Part shown: positions 45,570-57,432 of the stretch, piece after piece
How positions within the stretch are numbered: position 1 is the first letter of the stretch
Layout: each line of letters opens with the position of its first letter
NCBI GenBank assembly: GCA_002753515.1
Contig: PEAK01000001.1
Coordinates: forward strand, 110,138-174,137
Source of the DNA: Magnetococcales bacterium
GTDB lineage: Bacteria > Pseudomonadota > Magnetococcia > Magnetococcales > UBA8363
Direction of reading: 5' to 3'
DNA length: 64,000 nucleotides
The notes under the pieces: model-generated
What the model was told of the DNA's origin: nothing
Databases searched by the model: none
Seen by the model: the letters and a program-made list of their open reading frames with translations, nothing else
Program-made: the position numbers and the translations under genes

Positions 45570-46606
45570 AACAGGTGGAACCAATCTGTGGCCGGGTAAC
45601 TGATCAGACCACAATAATCTCGATGATTCTTCATGCGTGTGATGAAACCCAACAAATTCGTCTGCACATGGATCAACAATTCTTAGAATATATAACCCAT
45701 TTTAAAACTGGCCCTGAACCAGATAAATTTTTATATCTCTATATCGGTGGTTTGGTGCCACCGGTCGGTAATATTAAAATTCGTAAAAGCCATGTTATTG
45801 AAATAACTTTCCAGACTAATACTCGCGTTGTGGAAACCAAGGTGCGCTTCCTGCGAGCTGTGACCAACGAGTTGTTTCGTTTATCCTTTCCCAAGTATGT
45901 GAAAATAATGGCGCAAAAACGTTCAGCAATCCGGGTTGCGCCCGTGGCCGCCATGAAAATTTCACTTGGTATCATTCGGCCCGATGGATTGGAATTGCCT
46001 GCCCAAATAGTCGATATCAGTGCCGAAGGTTTGTCATTCCTCTTTGAGAAATCAGAGTACTACCTCCCCAAGGAAGCATCCATTCAGATCGTGCTATCAT
46101 GGGGGGGTGGATGCCATCACACAATAGTGGATGCCCAGGTTGTTGGTCATGTGACGCGGGATTTGGTGGAAGGACATCGTGCCAAATTTGTTTTCTCTAC
46201 AGTCGAGCAATCCATGCGGATCGGGGAATTGGTTGCCAGTATTCAATGCGATATCCTGCAACACCGCGTCCAGGTATCCAGTGAGGAAAAGATCAAAACC
46301 TGGGAGGTGAAACCATTGGCAAAAGTGGATATTCCGACATCAAGCCTTGAGGATTGGCATGATCGATATTACAGCCAATGGATGGATAAGTCTTATTTTG
46401 TCGCATGGACTGGAAACATCCTGGGTATGTGCGCGGGGTTCTTGATTGCCTTGAATCTTTATATTCATTGGGCGTATCCCCTTTTAATCGTGGCCTCATT
46501 GGTGATGGGAGTGGGATTATCAGCGCGTCATCGCTCGCTTCCCCTATTGCTTATTGGTTTCATCCTGTTATTAGGCGTCATTGGAACCTTGCGTGTGTGG
46601 TGGTAA
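45566..46606 (+). CDS. PilZ-domain protein with about 3 C-terminal transmembrane helices
   Basis: GTG 45566 overlaps the upstream stop (GTGA) and is preceded by AAGGAG at a 7-nt spacing. PilZ motifs: RSAIR (45920-45934) and DISAEG (46013-46030). C-terminal TM segments: ILGMCAGFLIALNLYIHW, LLIVASLVMGVGL, LLLIGFILLLGVIGTL. Confidence 0.75.
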   Translation: MKQVEPICGRVTDQTTIISMILHACDETQQIRLHMDQQFLEYITHFKTGPEPDKFLYLYIGGLVPPVGNIKIRKSHVIEITFQTNTRVVETKVRFLRAVTNELFRLSFPKYVKIMAQKRSAIRVAPVAAMKISLGIIRPDGLELPAQIVDISAEGLSFLFEKSEYYLPKEASIQIVLSWGGGCHHTIVDAQVVGHVTRDLVEGHRAKFVFSTVEQSMRIGELVASIQCDILQHRVQVSSEEKIKTWEVKPLAKVDIPTSSLEDWHDRYYSQWMDKSYFVAWTGNILGMCAGFLIALNLYIHWAYPLLIVASLVMGVGLSARHRSLPLLLIGFILLLGVIGTLRVWW

Positions 46607-46740
46607 TCCGTGCTGCTCACAGGATGCGAATTGCAACATGTTTGTATCTTTGGTTGGCTCGTCATCAGTGGTATGATTCGGCCCATGGAATCGTTTGATT
46701 GATCCTGCCTTGTTGACCCTTACTGCTGACGGAGAGTCGG

Positions 46741-47487
46741 ATGACCCAGAAACATGTTCTTGTTACCGGTGGTATTGGTGGTATTGGTACCGCTATCGTC
46801 AAATATTTTGCACGGGATGGCTACAAAACCGCCGCAACCTATGCCCCCTTTGAAAGGGAAAAAGTCAAACCATGGCTGGAGATGATTGAAAAGGAGGTGT
46901 TGGAAGTCCATTTGTTTGAAGTGGATGTTGCCGATTTTGAATCCTGTCACGCCCTGTCCCACAAGGTGGCGGCAGAATTTGGCGCTGTGGATGTATTGGT
47001 CAATTGCGCCGGTATCATCCGCGATTCGGTGTTCAAAAAAATGCCCTTCGAAAACTGGGATCAGGTGATGAAAGTTAACCTGTATAGCATTTTTAACGTG
47101 ACTCGGCATTTCTTTGAAGCCATGCTGATTCGCAAATGGGGACGGGTGATCAACATCACCTCAGTCAATGGTCAAAAGGGTCAGTTTGGCCAAGCCAACT
47201 ATTCGGCAACCAAAGCGGGTGCCCACGGTCTGACCATGGCTTTGGCACAGGAAGGGGCCAAACATGGTGTTACCGTCAACTCCGTCGCTCCGGGGTATAC
47301 AGCTACGGAAATGATGCTTCAGGTCCCCGAGGCTGTTTTGGACGATATCAAAAAACATATTCCAATGGGTCGATTGGCCAAGCCTGAGGAAATTGCCGCC
47401 GCAGTGTTGTTCCTGGCTTCTGAAGATGCCGCATTCATAACCGGTGTGAATCTGGATGTTAACGGCGGTCAGTGGATGCACCATTGA
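46741..47487 (+). CDS. phaB: Acetoacetyl-CoA reductase
   Basis: 248 aa, collinear with Cupriavidus PhaB by eye: VTGGIGGIGTAI, VLVNCAGIIRDSVFKKM, INITSVNGQKGQFGQANYSATKAGAHGLTMALAQE, VNSVAPGY. Confidence 0.88.
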   Translation: MTQKHVLVTGGIGGIGTAIVKYFARDGYKTAATYAPFEREKVKPWLEMIEKEVLEVHLFEVDVADFESCHALSHKVAAEFGAVDVLVNCAGIIRDSVFKKMPFENWDQVMKVNLYSIFNVTRHFFEAMLIRKWGRVINITSVNGQKGQFGQANYSATKAGAHGLTMALAQEGAKHGVTVNSVAPGYTATEMMLQVPEAVLDDIKKHIPMGRLAKPEEIAAAVLFLASEDAAFITGVNLDVNGGQWMHH

Positions 47488-47548
47488 TCGTTCAGTTGAT
47501 GGAAGGTTTTTTGTTCGACCGGGAGCATCCCAGCGCCTCAAAAACAAA

Positions 47549-47578
47549 CAAGCCCTGGATTAACAAATCCAGGGCTTG
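47549..47578 (-). terminator. Intrinsic terminator of the atp operon
   Basis: 13-bp stem CAAGCCCTGGATT / AATCCAGGGCTTG with a 4-nt loop. On the minus strand it is followed by TTTGTTTTTG. It lies 62 nt after the atpC stop and is shared with the convergent phaB. Confidence 0.78.
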
Positions 47579-47640
47579 CTGGGTGCAAAATCACGCTAAT
47601 GAGGCATACTGCCGTCCATGAAGGACGGAGCCGGCGAAAA

Positions 47641-48060
47641 CTACAGTCTCTTCAATAGTTTTGAAATCGATGCAATCTGTTCGGCCATGGCAGCGAATTC
47701 GCCTTGAGCCCGTGCAAAGTTGATATCGCTCTTAACATTGACCACGGCTTCCTGGGCTTCTCGCCTTGCATCCGCAGCCATGGCAGCATCCAGGTCAGCG
47801 GCACGAACTATGGAATCGGCCAACACAGTAACAGCATTGGGATGGATCTCAAGGATACCCCCCGCAACGTAGAAAATCTCTTCTGGGCCAACATTTTCCA
47901 CCTTGATGCGTACCGTGCCGGGTTTAATGCGCGTGATCAACGGTGCATGTTTGGGATAAATGCCAAGTTGCCCCACATCCCCAGACAAGATTAAATATTC
48001 AGCCTTGCCGGAAAATATGGATTCCTCAGCACTGACGACATAGACTTGCATGGAGCTCAT
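47641..48060 (-). CDS. atpC: F1 ATP synthase epsilon subunit
   Basis: Start trimmed to ATG 48060. [18 protein letters not shown]...[12 protein letters not shown] aligns with E. coli AtpC MAMTYHLDVVSAEQQMFSG...LGIYPGHAPLLT. Confidence 0.9.
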   Translation of the reverse strand: MSSMQVYVVSAEESIFSGKAEYLILSGDVGQLGIYPKHAPLITRIKPGTVRIKVENVGPEEIFYVAGGILEIHPNAVTVLADSIVRAADLDAAMAADARREAQEAVVNVKSDINFARAQGEFAAMAEQIASISKLLKRL

Positions 48061-48139
48061 AGCGGCTGACCTTGTCGCAGATAGGGGGCTCGGCATCTGG
48101 CGGCGTCAACCACCACCAGAACCACCGACCACACGCGCA

Positions 48140-49549
<1,410 letters not shown>

Positions 49550-49606
49550 TTAATTTATATCATCTATGGTTTGTGACAATACGAACACCGATGCGAAAAA
49601 CAGATC

Positions 49607-50479
49607 TTATGCGATGGCGGCCGCGCCTCCGACAATTTCCGAGAGTTCCTTGGTAATCGCCGCTTGCCGCGCTTTGTTGTAACTCAACTGCAATAGCTCA
49701 ATAACCGATTTGGCATTGTCAGAAGCCGCCTGCATGGCCACCATACGTGCGGATTGTTCGGAAGCCATGCTCTCGGTCACTGCCTGGTAGACCAAGGCTT
49801 CAATATAACGTACCAACAGCTCATCCAAAACGAGTTTAGAATCCGGCTCATAGATATAATCCCAACTATACCCGGAATCCTTTTTCACCGTATCGGGGGG
49901 AAGAGGCAACAGTTGGAGCAATCGTGTTTTTTGCACCATGGTGTTGATGAACTGCGAATAAGCCAAGTAAACTACATCGACTTGGCCATCCATATATGCG
50001 TCCAATTGAACTTTGATAGCCCCGATAAACTTATGCATATGCGGGACATCGCCCATATGAACAACATGCGATATTATCTTGACGCCAAGTCGATTAAGAA
50101 AGTTAAAACCTTTTTGGCCAATGGCCGTGGCCTGGAGGGTAATTCCAGCCTGTTCCAACTCCTGCATTTTTGATGTCACGGAACGCAGAACGTTGGTATT
50201 CAAGCCACCACATAAACCCTTATCGGTGGTTACCACAATAAATCCCGCCCCTTTGACCTCCTTGCGTCGCACTAAAAAGGGGTGGCGATATTCTGGGTTA
50301 GCACTGGCCAAATGCGCAGCAATGCGGCGTACCCGTTCTTCGTAAGGACGTGCGGCACGCATGCGATCCTGAGCACGACGCATTTTAGAAGCCGCAACCA
50401 TTTCCATGGCTTTGGTAATCCGGCGCGTACTCTGCACACTCTTGATTTTGGAGCGGATCTCTTTTGAACCGGCCATCAC
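49607..50479 (-). CDS. atpG: F1 ATP synthase gamma subunit
   Basis: 290 aa. [29 protein letters not shown] and a C-terminal [14 protein letters not shown]. Confidence 0.94.
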   Translation of the reverse strand: MMAGSKEIRSKIKSVQSTRRITKAMEMVAASKMRRAQDRMRAARPYEERVRRIAAHLASANPEYRHPFLVRRKEVKGAGFIVVTTDKGLCGGLNTNVLRSVTSKMQELEQAGITLQATAIGQKGFNFLNRLGVKIISHVVHMGDVPHMHKFIGAIKVQLDAYMDGQVDVVYLAYSQFINTMVQKTRLLQLLPLPPDTVKKDSGYSWDYIYEPDSKLVLDELLVRYIEALVYQAVTESMASEQSARMVAMQAASDNAKSVIELLQLSYNKARQAAITKELSEIVGGAAAIA

Positions 50480-50549
50480 CTTCTTCCCTTGGACTCTCGA
50501 CTATCCGAGCTACCTGTTCGCTTCAGGCCAACAGGGGTACATGCAAGCC

Positions 50550-52091
50550 CTAGTAGACCCCTGTTTCTTTGAATTCCTTGACCGCAGCATGCAAAGCAGC
50601 CGTTGAACTTTCTGTCAGTTCTTTATCGCGCTCTATGACTGTGATCAGCTCCATGTGCTTATTTTCCATGAAGGCACGCATGGATTTCTCACAGGCTTGG
50701 GCTTTTTTGACATCAACATCGTCATAGTAGCCATTGTTGACGGCAAACAACACCAGCGCCATCTCCCAGACCTGCAAAGGTTGGTACCGTGGTTGCTTCA
50801 TCAACTCGGTGACCATCCGTCCACGCTCAAGCTGCTTGCGGGTTGCCTCATCAAGGTCGGAGGCGAACTGGGCAAAGGCGGCCAGCTCCCGATATTGCGC
50901 CATGGCGAGACGGACGCCACCACCCAGACTCTTGATGATTTTCGTCTGTGCGGCACCACCCACGCGGGAGACCGAAATACCCGCATTAATTGCCGGGCGA
51001 ATACCCGCATTGAACAGATCGGTTTCCAAAAAGATCTGTCCATCGGTAATGGAAATGACGTTTGTCGGCACGAATGCGGTCACGTCACCCGCTTGCGTTT
51101 CAATGACCGGCAAAGCCGTCAGTGAACCGGTCTTACCCTTGACCTCACCCTTGGTGAATCTTTCAACATACTCGGCATTCACCCGTGCGGCACGTTCCAG
51201 CAAGCGACTATGGAGATAAAATACGTCACCAGGGTAAGCCTCACGTCCTGGGGGACGGCGCAGCAGCAAAGAAATTTGCCGATAAGCCACAGCCTGTTTG
51301 GATAAATCGTCATAAACGATCAGGGCGTCTTGACCACGATCCCGAAAATATTCCCCCATGGTACAACCGGAGTACGGGGCCAAGTATTGCAGGGCGGGAG
51401 CTTCAGAAGCAGAAGCCACGACAATGATGGTATAGGCCATGGCACCGCTTTCTTCCAGTTTGCGGACCACGCTCCTGATTGATGAAGCCTTCTGACCAAT
51501 CGCCACGTAAATACAAATGAGATCTTTCCCAGCCTGGTTGATGATCGCGTCCACAGCAACGGCCGTCTTACCCGTTTGCCGGTCACCGATGATCAACTCG
51601 CGCTGGCCACGTCCAATGGGCACCATGGAATCAATGGCTTTCAAGCCGGTCTGCACGGGCTGCGAAACCGATTTACGCTCAATCACACCCGGTGCCACCT
51701 TTTCGATAACATCCGTCATCTCAGCATTGATCGGCCCCTTGCCATCCGTTGGCCGGCCCAGGGCATCGACAACGCGTCCAATCAACTCAGGTCCAACGGG
51801 CACTTCCAGAATACGTCCGGTGCAACGGACCACGTCCCCTTCGGTGATATGCTCATATTCGCCCAAAATAACCGCACCAACCGAGTCACGCTCCAGATTG
51901 AGCGCCAAGCCGAACACATTACCCGGGAACTCCAGCATCTCGCCCTGCATGACATCTTCCAAGCCGTAGATGCGGCAAATGCCATCGGACACCGAAACAA
52001 CGGTCCCCTGCGTTCTCGCCTCGGTCGTCACCCCCAATTTTTGTATTTTCTCTTGCAGCAGATCGCTGACTTCGGAAGGATTCAGTTGCAT
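50550..52091 (-). CDS. atpA: F1 ATP synthase alpha subunit
   Basis: 513 aa. P-loop GDRQTGKT, plus [20 protein letters not shown]. Confidence 0.96.
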   Translation of the reverse strand: MQLNPSEVSDLLQEKIQKLGVTTEARTQGTVVSVSDGICRIYGLEDVMQGEMLEFPGNVFGLALNLERDSVGAVILGEYEHITEGDVVRCTGRILEVPVGPELIGRVVDALGRPTDGKGPINAEMTDVIEKVAPGVIERKSVSQPVQTGLKAIDSMVPIGRGQRELIIGDRQTGKTAVAVDAIINQAGKDLICIYVAIGQKASSIRSVVRKLEESGAMAYTIIVVASASEAPALQYLAPYSGCTMGEYFRDRGQDALIVYDDLSKQAVAYRQISLLLRRPPGREAYPGDVFYLHSRLLERAARVNAEYVERFTKGEVKGKTGSLTALPVIETQAGDVTAFVPTNVISITDGQIFLETDLFNAGIRPAINAGISVSRVGGAAQTKIIKSLGGGVRLAMAQYRELAAFAQFASDLDEATRKQLERGRMVTELMKQPRYQPLQVWEMALVLFAVNNGYYDDVDVKKAQACEKSMRAFMENKHMELITVIERDKELTESSTAALHAAVKEFKETGVY

Positions 52092-52251
52092 AGGTACACC
52101 TGGTTGACAGTCCAGTTAATAAGCGATTTATCGCCAATGGATTATTTCGGACACACTCCGAGAAAAATCAACCCAATGCGATGTTCATTAAACGTCGATC
52201 TCCTGCAATCAATCCGCGTACTCGTTCCCATCCGACCGGCCAAAATGTGCA

Positions 52252-52788
52252 TCATGCGGTCAGACTGGCGTAGAGCGCCTCCAGCTTGGCCTGAACCGAA
52301 CCATTCATCACTTGGTCACCAACGATAACTTTGACACCGCCAATCAACGCGGCATCAACGACCACCTGGACCTGAACCGACCGACCAAACTTTTTTGTCA
52401 AACGCTGGGTCAAAGTTTTCAACTGTTTGTCAGCAACCGGCAATGCCGAGTAAACAGTGGCCTCAACTGTCTGTTCACGCTCATTCTTCAAGGCTTCAAA
52501 CTGAGCGGAAATGGCCGGCAGAAGGGCTATTTTTTTGGCATCGACGAGCATGCGAAGGAAATAGTTGGCTTCTGTGGAGAGATCGACAGAGATCAACGAG
52601 GTCAGCAAGGTCACCCGCTGCGTTGCACTCAAGTGGGGGTTGCCCAAGGCGCGACGGATACCTTCGTGGCTCGCTAATTCCGCCAATGCCGTTAACGCCT
52701 GGGACCACTCGACTAATTTGCCATTTGCCTCAGCCGCTGCGAAAGCAGCTTTTGAGTAGGGCCGTGCGACTGTCGCCAACTCAGCCAT
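52252..52788 (-). CDS. atpH: F1 ATP synthase delta subunit
   Basis: 178 aa. MAELATVARPYSKAAF is an OSCP-type opening. The gene sits between atpF and atpA. Confidence 0.88.
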   Translation of the reverse strand: MAELATVARPYSKAAFAAAEANGKLVEWSQALTALAELASHEGIRRALGNPHLSATQRVTLLTSLISVDLSTEANYFLRMLVDAKKIALLPAISAQFEALKNEREQTVEATVYSALPVADKQLKTLTQRLTKKFGRSVQVQVVVDAALIGGVKVIVGDQVMNGSVQAKLEALYASLTA

Positions 52789-53258
52789 TACAGTTCATCC
52801 CGGAGCTGATTCAGAAGTTCAGTATGGGCTTTCGAGTCGATTTCCCGCCGTAAAATCCGTTCGGCACCCAGGACGGCCAGTCGACCAACTTCTCGACGCA
52901 GGGCATCTTTGGCTTTGGCGGTCTCGATTTCCGCCGTTTCCCGTGCGTGGGTGATAATGCGTTCGGCTTCGACTTTGGCACGTTCCTTGGCGTTGTCAAT
53001 GATCTGAGCGGCACGTTTTTCGTGCGCCGTAATGATATCAACAGCCTTGCTACGTGCCTCTGCCTCAATGACGCCAACGCGATCCTGAGCTTGATCAAGG
53101 CTTTTCCTGCCCTCATCAGCCGCAGCAAGCCCTTCTGCGATGTATTTCTGGCGGTCTTCTATGGCCTTGAGCAAGGGCGGCCAAACAAACTTCACCGTGA
53201 ACCAGATGAAGATCCCGAAGGCGAAGGCCTGCGAAAACAGAGTGAGATTGATATTCAT
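52788..53258 (-). CDS. atpF: Fo ATP synthase b subunit
   Basis: 156 aa. One N-terminal TM segment (FAFGIFIWFTVKFVWPPL) followed by a long charged helix. Confidence 0.88.
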   Translation of the reverse strand: MNINLTLFSQAFAFGIFIWFTVKFVWPPLLKAIEDRQKYIAEGLAAADEGRKSLDQAQDRVGVIEAEARSKAVDIITAHEKRAAQIIDNAKERAKVEAERIITHARETAEIETAKAKDALRREVGRLAVLGAERILRREIDSKAHTELLNQLRDEL

Positions 53259-53297
53259 GTCAGCACCCTAGCGAGGGATAATCCATTAGGCCAGTGG

Positions 53298-53612
<315 letters not shown>

Positions 53613-54422
53613 TCAATGGCTCTCATGGGCCATCGCGATATAGACGACGGTCAGCATCATAAAGATGAATGCTTGCAGTGCAACGATCAGGATGTGGAAA
53701 ATGGCCCATCCGGCACCCAGAACAATGCCAAAAAATGTCCCAACCATACCCGTTGCCGCCCACATTCCGAGTAAGAGAAATATTATTTCCCCGGCATACA
53801 TGTTTCCATACAACCGCAGCGAATGCGACAAGGGCTTGGAAACCAGCTCCACGACATTGAACAGGAAATTGAGAACCCACAATGCCGGATGTTCACCAAA
53901 AGGGGTGCAGAAGAGTTCATGCACCCAACCGCCAAGGCCCTTCACGGCGATGTTGAAGTATATCATGACCATCCAGATCGTCAATGCCAGTGCAAAGGTG
54001 GTATTGACATCGGCTGTGGGCACGCCACGGAAATGATGCACATGCAGCAGGCGTTCGTAAAAACGCGACATGATGTCGACTGGCAGGAAATCCATGGAGT
54101 TCATCAGAAAGACCCAGACGAATACGGTCAGGGCCGTTGGTGCGACAAACTTATGCTGATCACCATGAAAAATACTGCGTACTTGATTGTCGACGAATTC
54201 AAAGGCGAGCTCAACAAATGCCTGGCGTTTGCTCGGCACGCCGCTGGTCGCACCATTCACGACCGTATACAGGAAACCGAGGCCGACAATTCCCAATAGC
54301 ACTGCAATCAAGAGGGAATCCACGTGAACAACCCAGAAGGGGCTGTCACCCAGTGGCTTGGCCAACTGTGTCAGGTGGTGGTCTATATAAGACGTGGGTG
54401 TAAGCATTTGCTCTGTATTCAC
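53613..54422 (-). CDS. atpB: Fo ATP synthase a subunit
   Basis: 269 aa. Essential Arg context: [15 protein letters not shown]. Confidence 0.93.
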   Translation of the reverse strand: MNTEQMLTPTSYIDHHLTQLAKPLGDSPFWVVHVDSLLIAVLLGIVGLGFLYTVVNGATSGVPSKRQAFVELAFEFVDNQVRSIFHGDQHKFVAPTALTVFVWVFLMNSMDFLPVDIMSRFYERLLHVHHFRGVPTADVNTTFALALTIWMVMIYFNIAVKGLGGWVHELFCTPFGEHPALWVLNFLFNVVELVSKPLSHSLRLYGNMYAGEIIFLLLGMWAATGMVGTFFGIVLGAGWAIFHILIVALQAFIFMMLTVVYIAMAHESH

Positions 54423-54427
54423 GTTGC

Positions 54428-54814
54428 TTAAGTACCCTGTTCGTGGGGTTGTTTAATGAAAAACAACGCCAAGCTGAAAACGACGACCGACAGGATGAAG
54501 GTCGAAATGAGTCCGACCATTTCCACATCTCTGTAGGCGACAACGACCAAACCCAGAAGCGCAAACATGACAACGAGCTTGATGACCTCGGCGATAAGGG
54601 CAGCCGTAAGGGCCTCAAAGGCAGTGGCAGTGTGCTTTCTTTTGTGTGCAACCATCAAGAAAGCAATATCTCCGATGATGCCTACACCACCTCCCAGAGT
54701 TGCGGAGATAGCGCTGCTTGCACCAGAAAGCCATGCCGCTACAATTGCTGCCAAGAGAACGGACAACAATTGCAGCCCTATCACTGGGCTGTACCCGTAT
54801 AACGTGGCCTTCAT
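54428..54814 (-). CDS. atpI: ATP synthase protein I
   Basis: 128-aa, 4-TM small protein immediately upstream of atpB. The call is by position and topology. Confidence 0.7.
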   Translation of the reverse strand: MKATLYGYSPVIGLQLLSVLLAAIVAAWLSGASSAISATLGGGVGIIGDIAFLMVAHKRKHTATAFEALTAALIAEVIKLVVMFALLGLVVVAYRDVEMVGLISTFILSVVVFSLALFFIKQPHEQGT

Positions 54815-54859
54815 GGCCCTCTGCGCACCTTTTCGCGCCTGTCATTTAAAACAGGCGCA

Positions 54860-54888
54860 ATCGTAGGAGAGTGCGTAATCATTGTCAA
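54860..54888 (-). promoter_or_regulatory. Sigma70-type promoter candidate for the atp operon
   Basis: The minus strand reads GTAAAAAAATTCG TTGACA (54888-54883), a 17-nt spacer, then TACGAT (54865-54860). An A-rich UP-like tract lies upstream. An 8-bp hairpin GCGCCTGT/ACAGGCGC (54835-54858) sits at the predicted 5' end of the transcript, about 20 nt before atpI. Confidence 0.45.
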
Positions 54889-54994
54889 CGAATTTTTTTA
54901 CTGCACAATGAGAAAAACGGCAAACATTTGCATAGCGTTTTTATTTCTACATCGTGGATAGTCATAATTGAATTTTTGTCTAGTAAAGTTTATT

Positions 54995-55393
54995 TTAACT
55001 TCCGGAGTGATCATTGGCTTTCACATCACTGAGGAGATCGGTTACTGCTTCTAATATTTCTTTGCGTGAGAATGGTTTGGCCAGGACGCGAACGGCACCG
55101 CACATTTTGGCGACATCCAGGGCGAATTGCGCTTTTTGCCCTGGTGCCCCCCCCGATATGGCGATGATGGGCAGATGGGGGTTCTGAGAAATCAGTTCTT
55201 CGATGGTTTCCAGACCGTCCTTGTTGGGCATGATGATATCGGTGATGACGATGTCTGCGGGAAGTTTGCGGAAAAGCTCCAGTCCACGGCGTCCATCCTC
55301 TGCGAGTTCCACTTCATAGTCCGACTTTTCAAGAATTTGTTTCAAAACCTCACGAATCTGGCGCTCATCCTCTATGACGAGAATTCGAGTCAT
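54995..55393 (-). CDS. CheY-like single-domain response regulator
   Basis: 132 aa. RILVIEDERQI...DIVITDIIMPNKDGLE...AKPF. 4-nt overlap with the upstream kinase gene. Confidence 0.88.
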   Translation of the reverse strand: MTRILVIEDERQIREVLKQILEKSDYEVELAEDGRRGLELFRKLPADIVITDIIMPNKDGLETIEELISQNPHLPIIAISGGAPGQKAQFALDVAKMCGAVRVLAKPFSRKEILEAVTDLLSDVKANDHSGS

Positions 55394-57198
55394 GGCTCGT
55401 CCTCCCTTTCTGCATTGGTCCTTGCTGCGGTCTTGCCCTGTATGATTGGTAGATAGACCTGAAAGGTGGCACCCATGCCTGAGCTGCTCTCCACCTTGAT
55501 GGCCCCTTCATGATTATGCACGATTCCATGGACTACCGACAGACCCAAACCGGAACCCTTGCCAATGTCCTTGGTGGTAAAAAAAGGTTCGTAGAGGTGA
55601 TCCAAAATGGAAGGTTCGATGCCCGGTCCCTGGTCTTTAACGGATAGTACCATGTGGGGGCCGGGTTGGAGCCGCGACAGGGAGGCATGGTTGAGAATCA
55701 TTTCCTCATCAACCCGGACTTTTTCCAGACTGACGCTTATGGTCCCACCCAGGTTCTCCATGGCTTCCACGGCATTGGTGCACAGGTTCATGACGACCTG
55801 ATGAATTTGTAAGGGATCGATTAATACCAGGTCTTCAATCGCAGGGAGAATTGTTTCCAATACAATCTTGTCGGGAAGGGCTGTTTTAAGCAAGGATAGT
55901 GGTTCTTTGATTTCAGGTGATATCGGCAGGGGGACGCGCTGCTGTTTGTTGCGGCGGCTGAATGTCAGGAGTTGTTTGACCAGCTCTTTGGCACGGACAG
56001 CGGCTACCATGACTTCGTTTAGGTTGTGGTATTCCAGACTGGAGGCCTCCAGCTCATCCATGGTCAATTCTGTGTAGGAGAGAATGGCTGTTAGAATGTT
56101 ATTGAAGTCATGGGCAATCCCCCCTGCCAATGTCCCGATGGATTCCAGTTGTCGTGATTTCAATAATTGTCGTCCGAGTTCCAATTCCCGGGTAACGTCT
56201 CGACCTATGATGACGTGGCTGGTGATCTGTTTTTTGGGGTCCTTGACTGGCGACCAGGTTAAATCCGCATGAAAATGGGAACCGTTCTTTTTCTGCGCTA
56301 AAAATCGTTGTTTGAAAGGAATGCCTTGGGATAAGGCCTGGGAAAGTTTGTCGTTCCAGGATTGTTTCCATTGCGTGATGGGAAAATGCGTCATGGCCGC
56401 TCCCAGGACTTCGTTGAGGCCATATCCTGTTATGGTTTCAAAGGCTGGGTTGGCATAGAGGATATGTCCATCGGGGTCGGTGATCAGGATCATTTCGGCG
56501 GTTTGATTGACGGCGGCGGCCAACCGGTTACGTTCCGCTTCTGTTTCCAGGCGTTGGCTGATATCTCGAAACGTGACGACCACACCGGTCTGATGGTGGT
56601 TGGGATCCAATGGCGTTGAGCTGTATTCCACCGGGAAAGGGCTGCCATCCTGACGATAAAAAAATTCCTGGGCAAATAAGTGAATCTGACCATTGGCCAA
56701 GGTTTTCTCCAAGGCACTGGTTGCGGTATGGGTTGTCTCACCCGGTGGTGCTTGCAGAATGGCGCTGACAGGTTTTTCCCACAGATTGTCGGGAGTCGTC
56801 CCCAACATGCGTGCTGCGGAATGGTTGATGAAGGTGATCTGACCGGAACCATTCACCCCGAATATCCCATCGCCAACCGCTTGCAGGATCCCTTCATTGC
56901 GTTGGTGCAGGCGGCGAATCGTCTCTTCATCCACCTGGAGGGCGTGGTTGAGCTGAAACAGGCGTAAGCTCAGATAAGTTAAAAACGGCAACACCAGAAG
57001 TAAAAGTAGAGAGGTCAGTTTATTCGGAAACCAGACATTGTCGTCCAATAGCCAAGTCGAATAAATGGAAAATATTCCATAAATTTCACTAATAAATTGC
57101 GACCCGATGGCAATAAATATCAGGACGGCTCCATAGATTATTTTATTTCGTTGTGGAATGATCCTGGAGTGTCGTGACTGTGATCGGCTTGCGACCAT
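55390..57198 (-). CDS. Membrane-anchored PAS-PAS sensor histidine kinase
   Basis: 602 aa. Two N-terminal TM segments, PAS strings (GDGIFGVNGSGQITFINHSAARMLG; MILITDPDGHILYANPAFETITGY), H-box (GGIAHDFNNILTAI), and ATPase G-boxes (DQGPGI, GSGLGLSVV). Confidence 0.9.
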   Translation of the reverse strand: MVASRSQSRHSRIIPQRNKIIYGAVLIFIAIGSQFISEIYGIFSIYSTWLLDDNVWFPNKLTSLLLLLVLPFLTYLSLRLFQLNHALQVDEETIRRLHQRNEGILQAVGDGIFGVNGSGQITFINHSAARMLGTTPDNLWEKPVSAILQAPPGETTHTATSALEKTLANGQIHLFAQEFFYRQDGSPFPVEYSSTPLDPNHHQTGVVVTFRDISQRLETEAERNRLAAAVNQTAEMILITDPDGHILYANPAFETITGYGLNEVLGAAMTHFPITQWKQSWNDKLSQALSQGIPFKQRFLAQKKNGSHFHADLTWSPVKDPKKQITSHVIIGRDVTRELELGRQLLKSRQLESIGTLAGGIAHDFNNILTAILSYTELTMDELEASSLEYHNLNEVMVAAVRAKELVKQLLTFSRRNKQQRVPLPISPEIKEPLSLLKTALPDKIVLETILPAIEDLVLIDPLQIHQVVMNLCTNAVEAMENLGGTISVSLEKVRVDEEMILNHASLSRLQPGPHMVLSVKDQGPGIEPSILDHLYEPFFTTKDIGKGSGLGLSVVHGIVHNHEGAIKVESSSGMGATFQVYLPIIQGKTAARTNAEREDEP

Positions 57199-57432
57199 GG
57201 TCGGAACCTTAAGAGGGGATGAGAAAGCAGGCCATAGGGTGGATCGAATCGCGCAAGTCTCGCACCTTTAAGGGGTTTGGTCCAGATGTTGTTTGCGTTA
57301 CGGGAAAATGGAAGATCCTCGACAGCATCAGGCCATTTTCAGTATCTTTGATAGCGGTCGCAGGTGGCGTCAATGCCGGGAGGCTGCGTCATCGATGCAA
57401 TGGCAGTTGGCTTGCGTGGGATTGGAAAAAAA

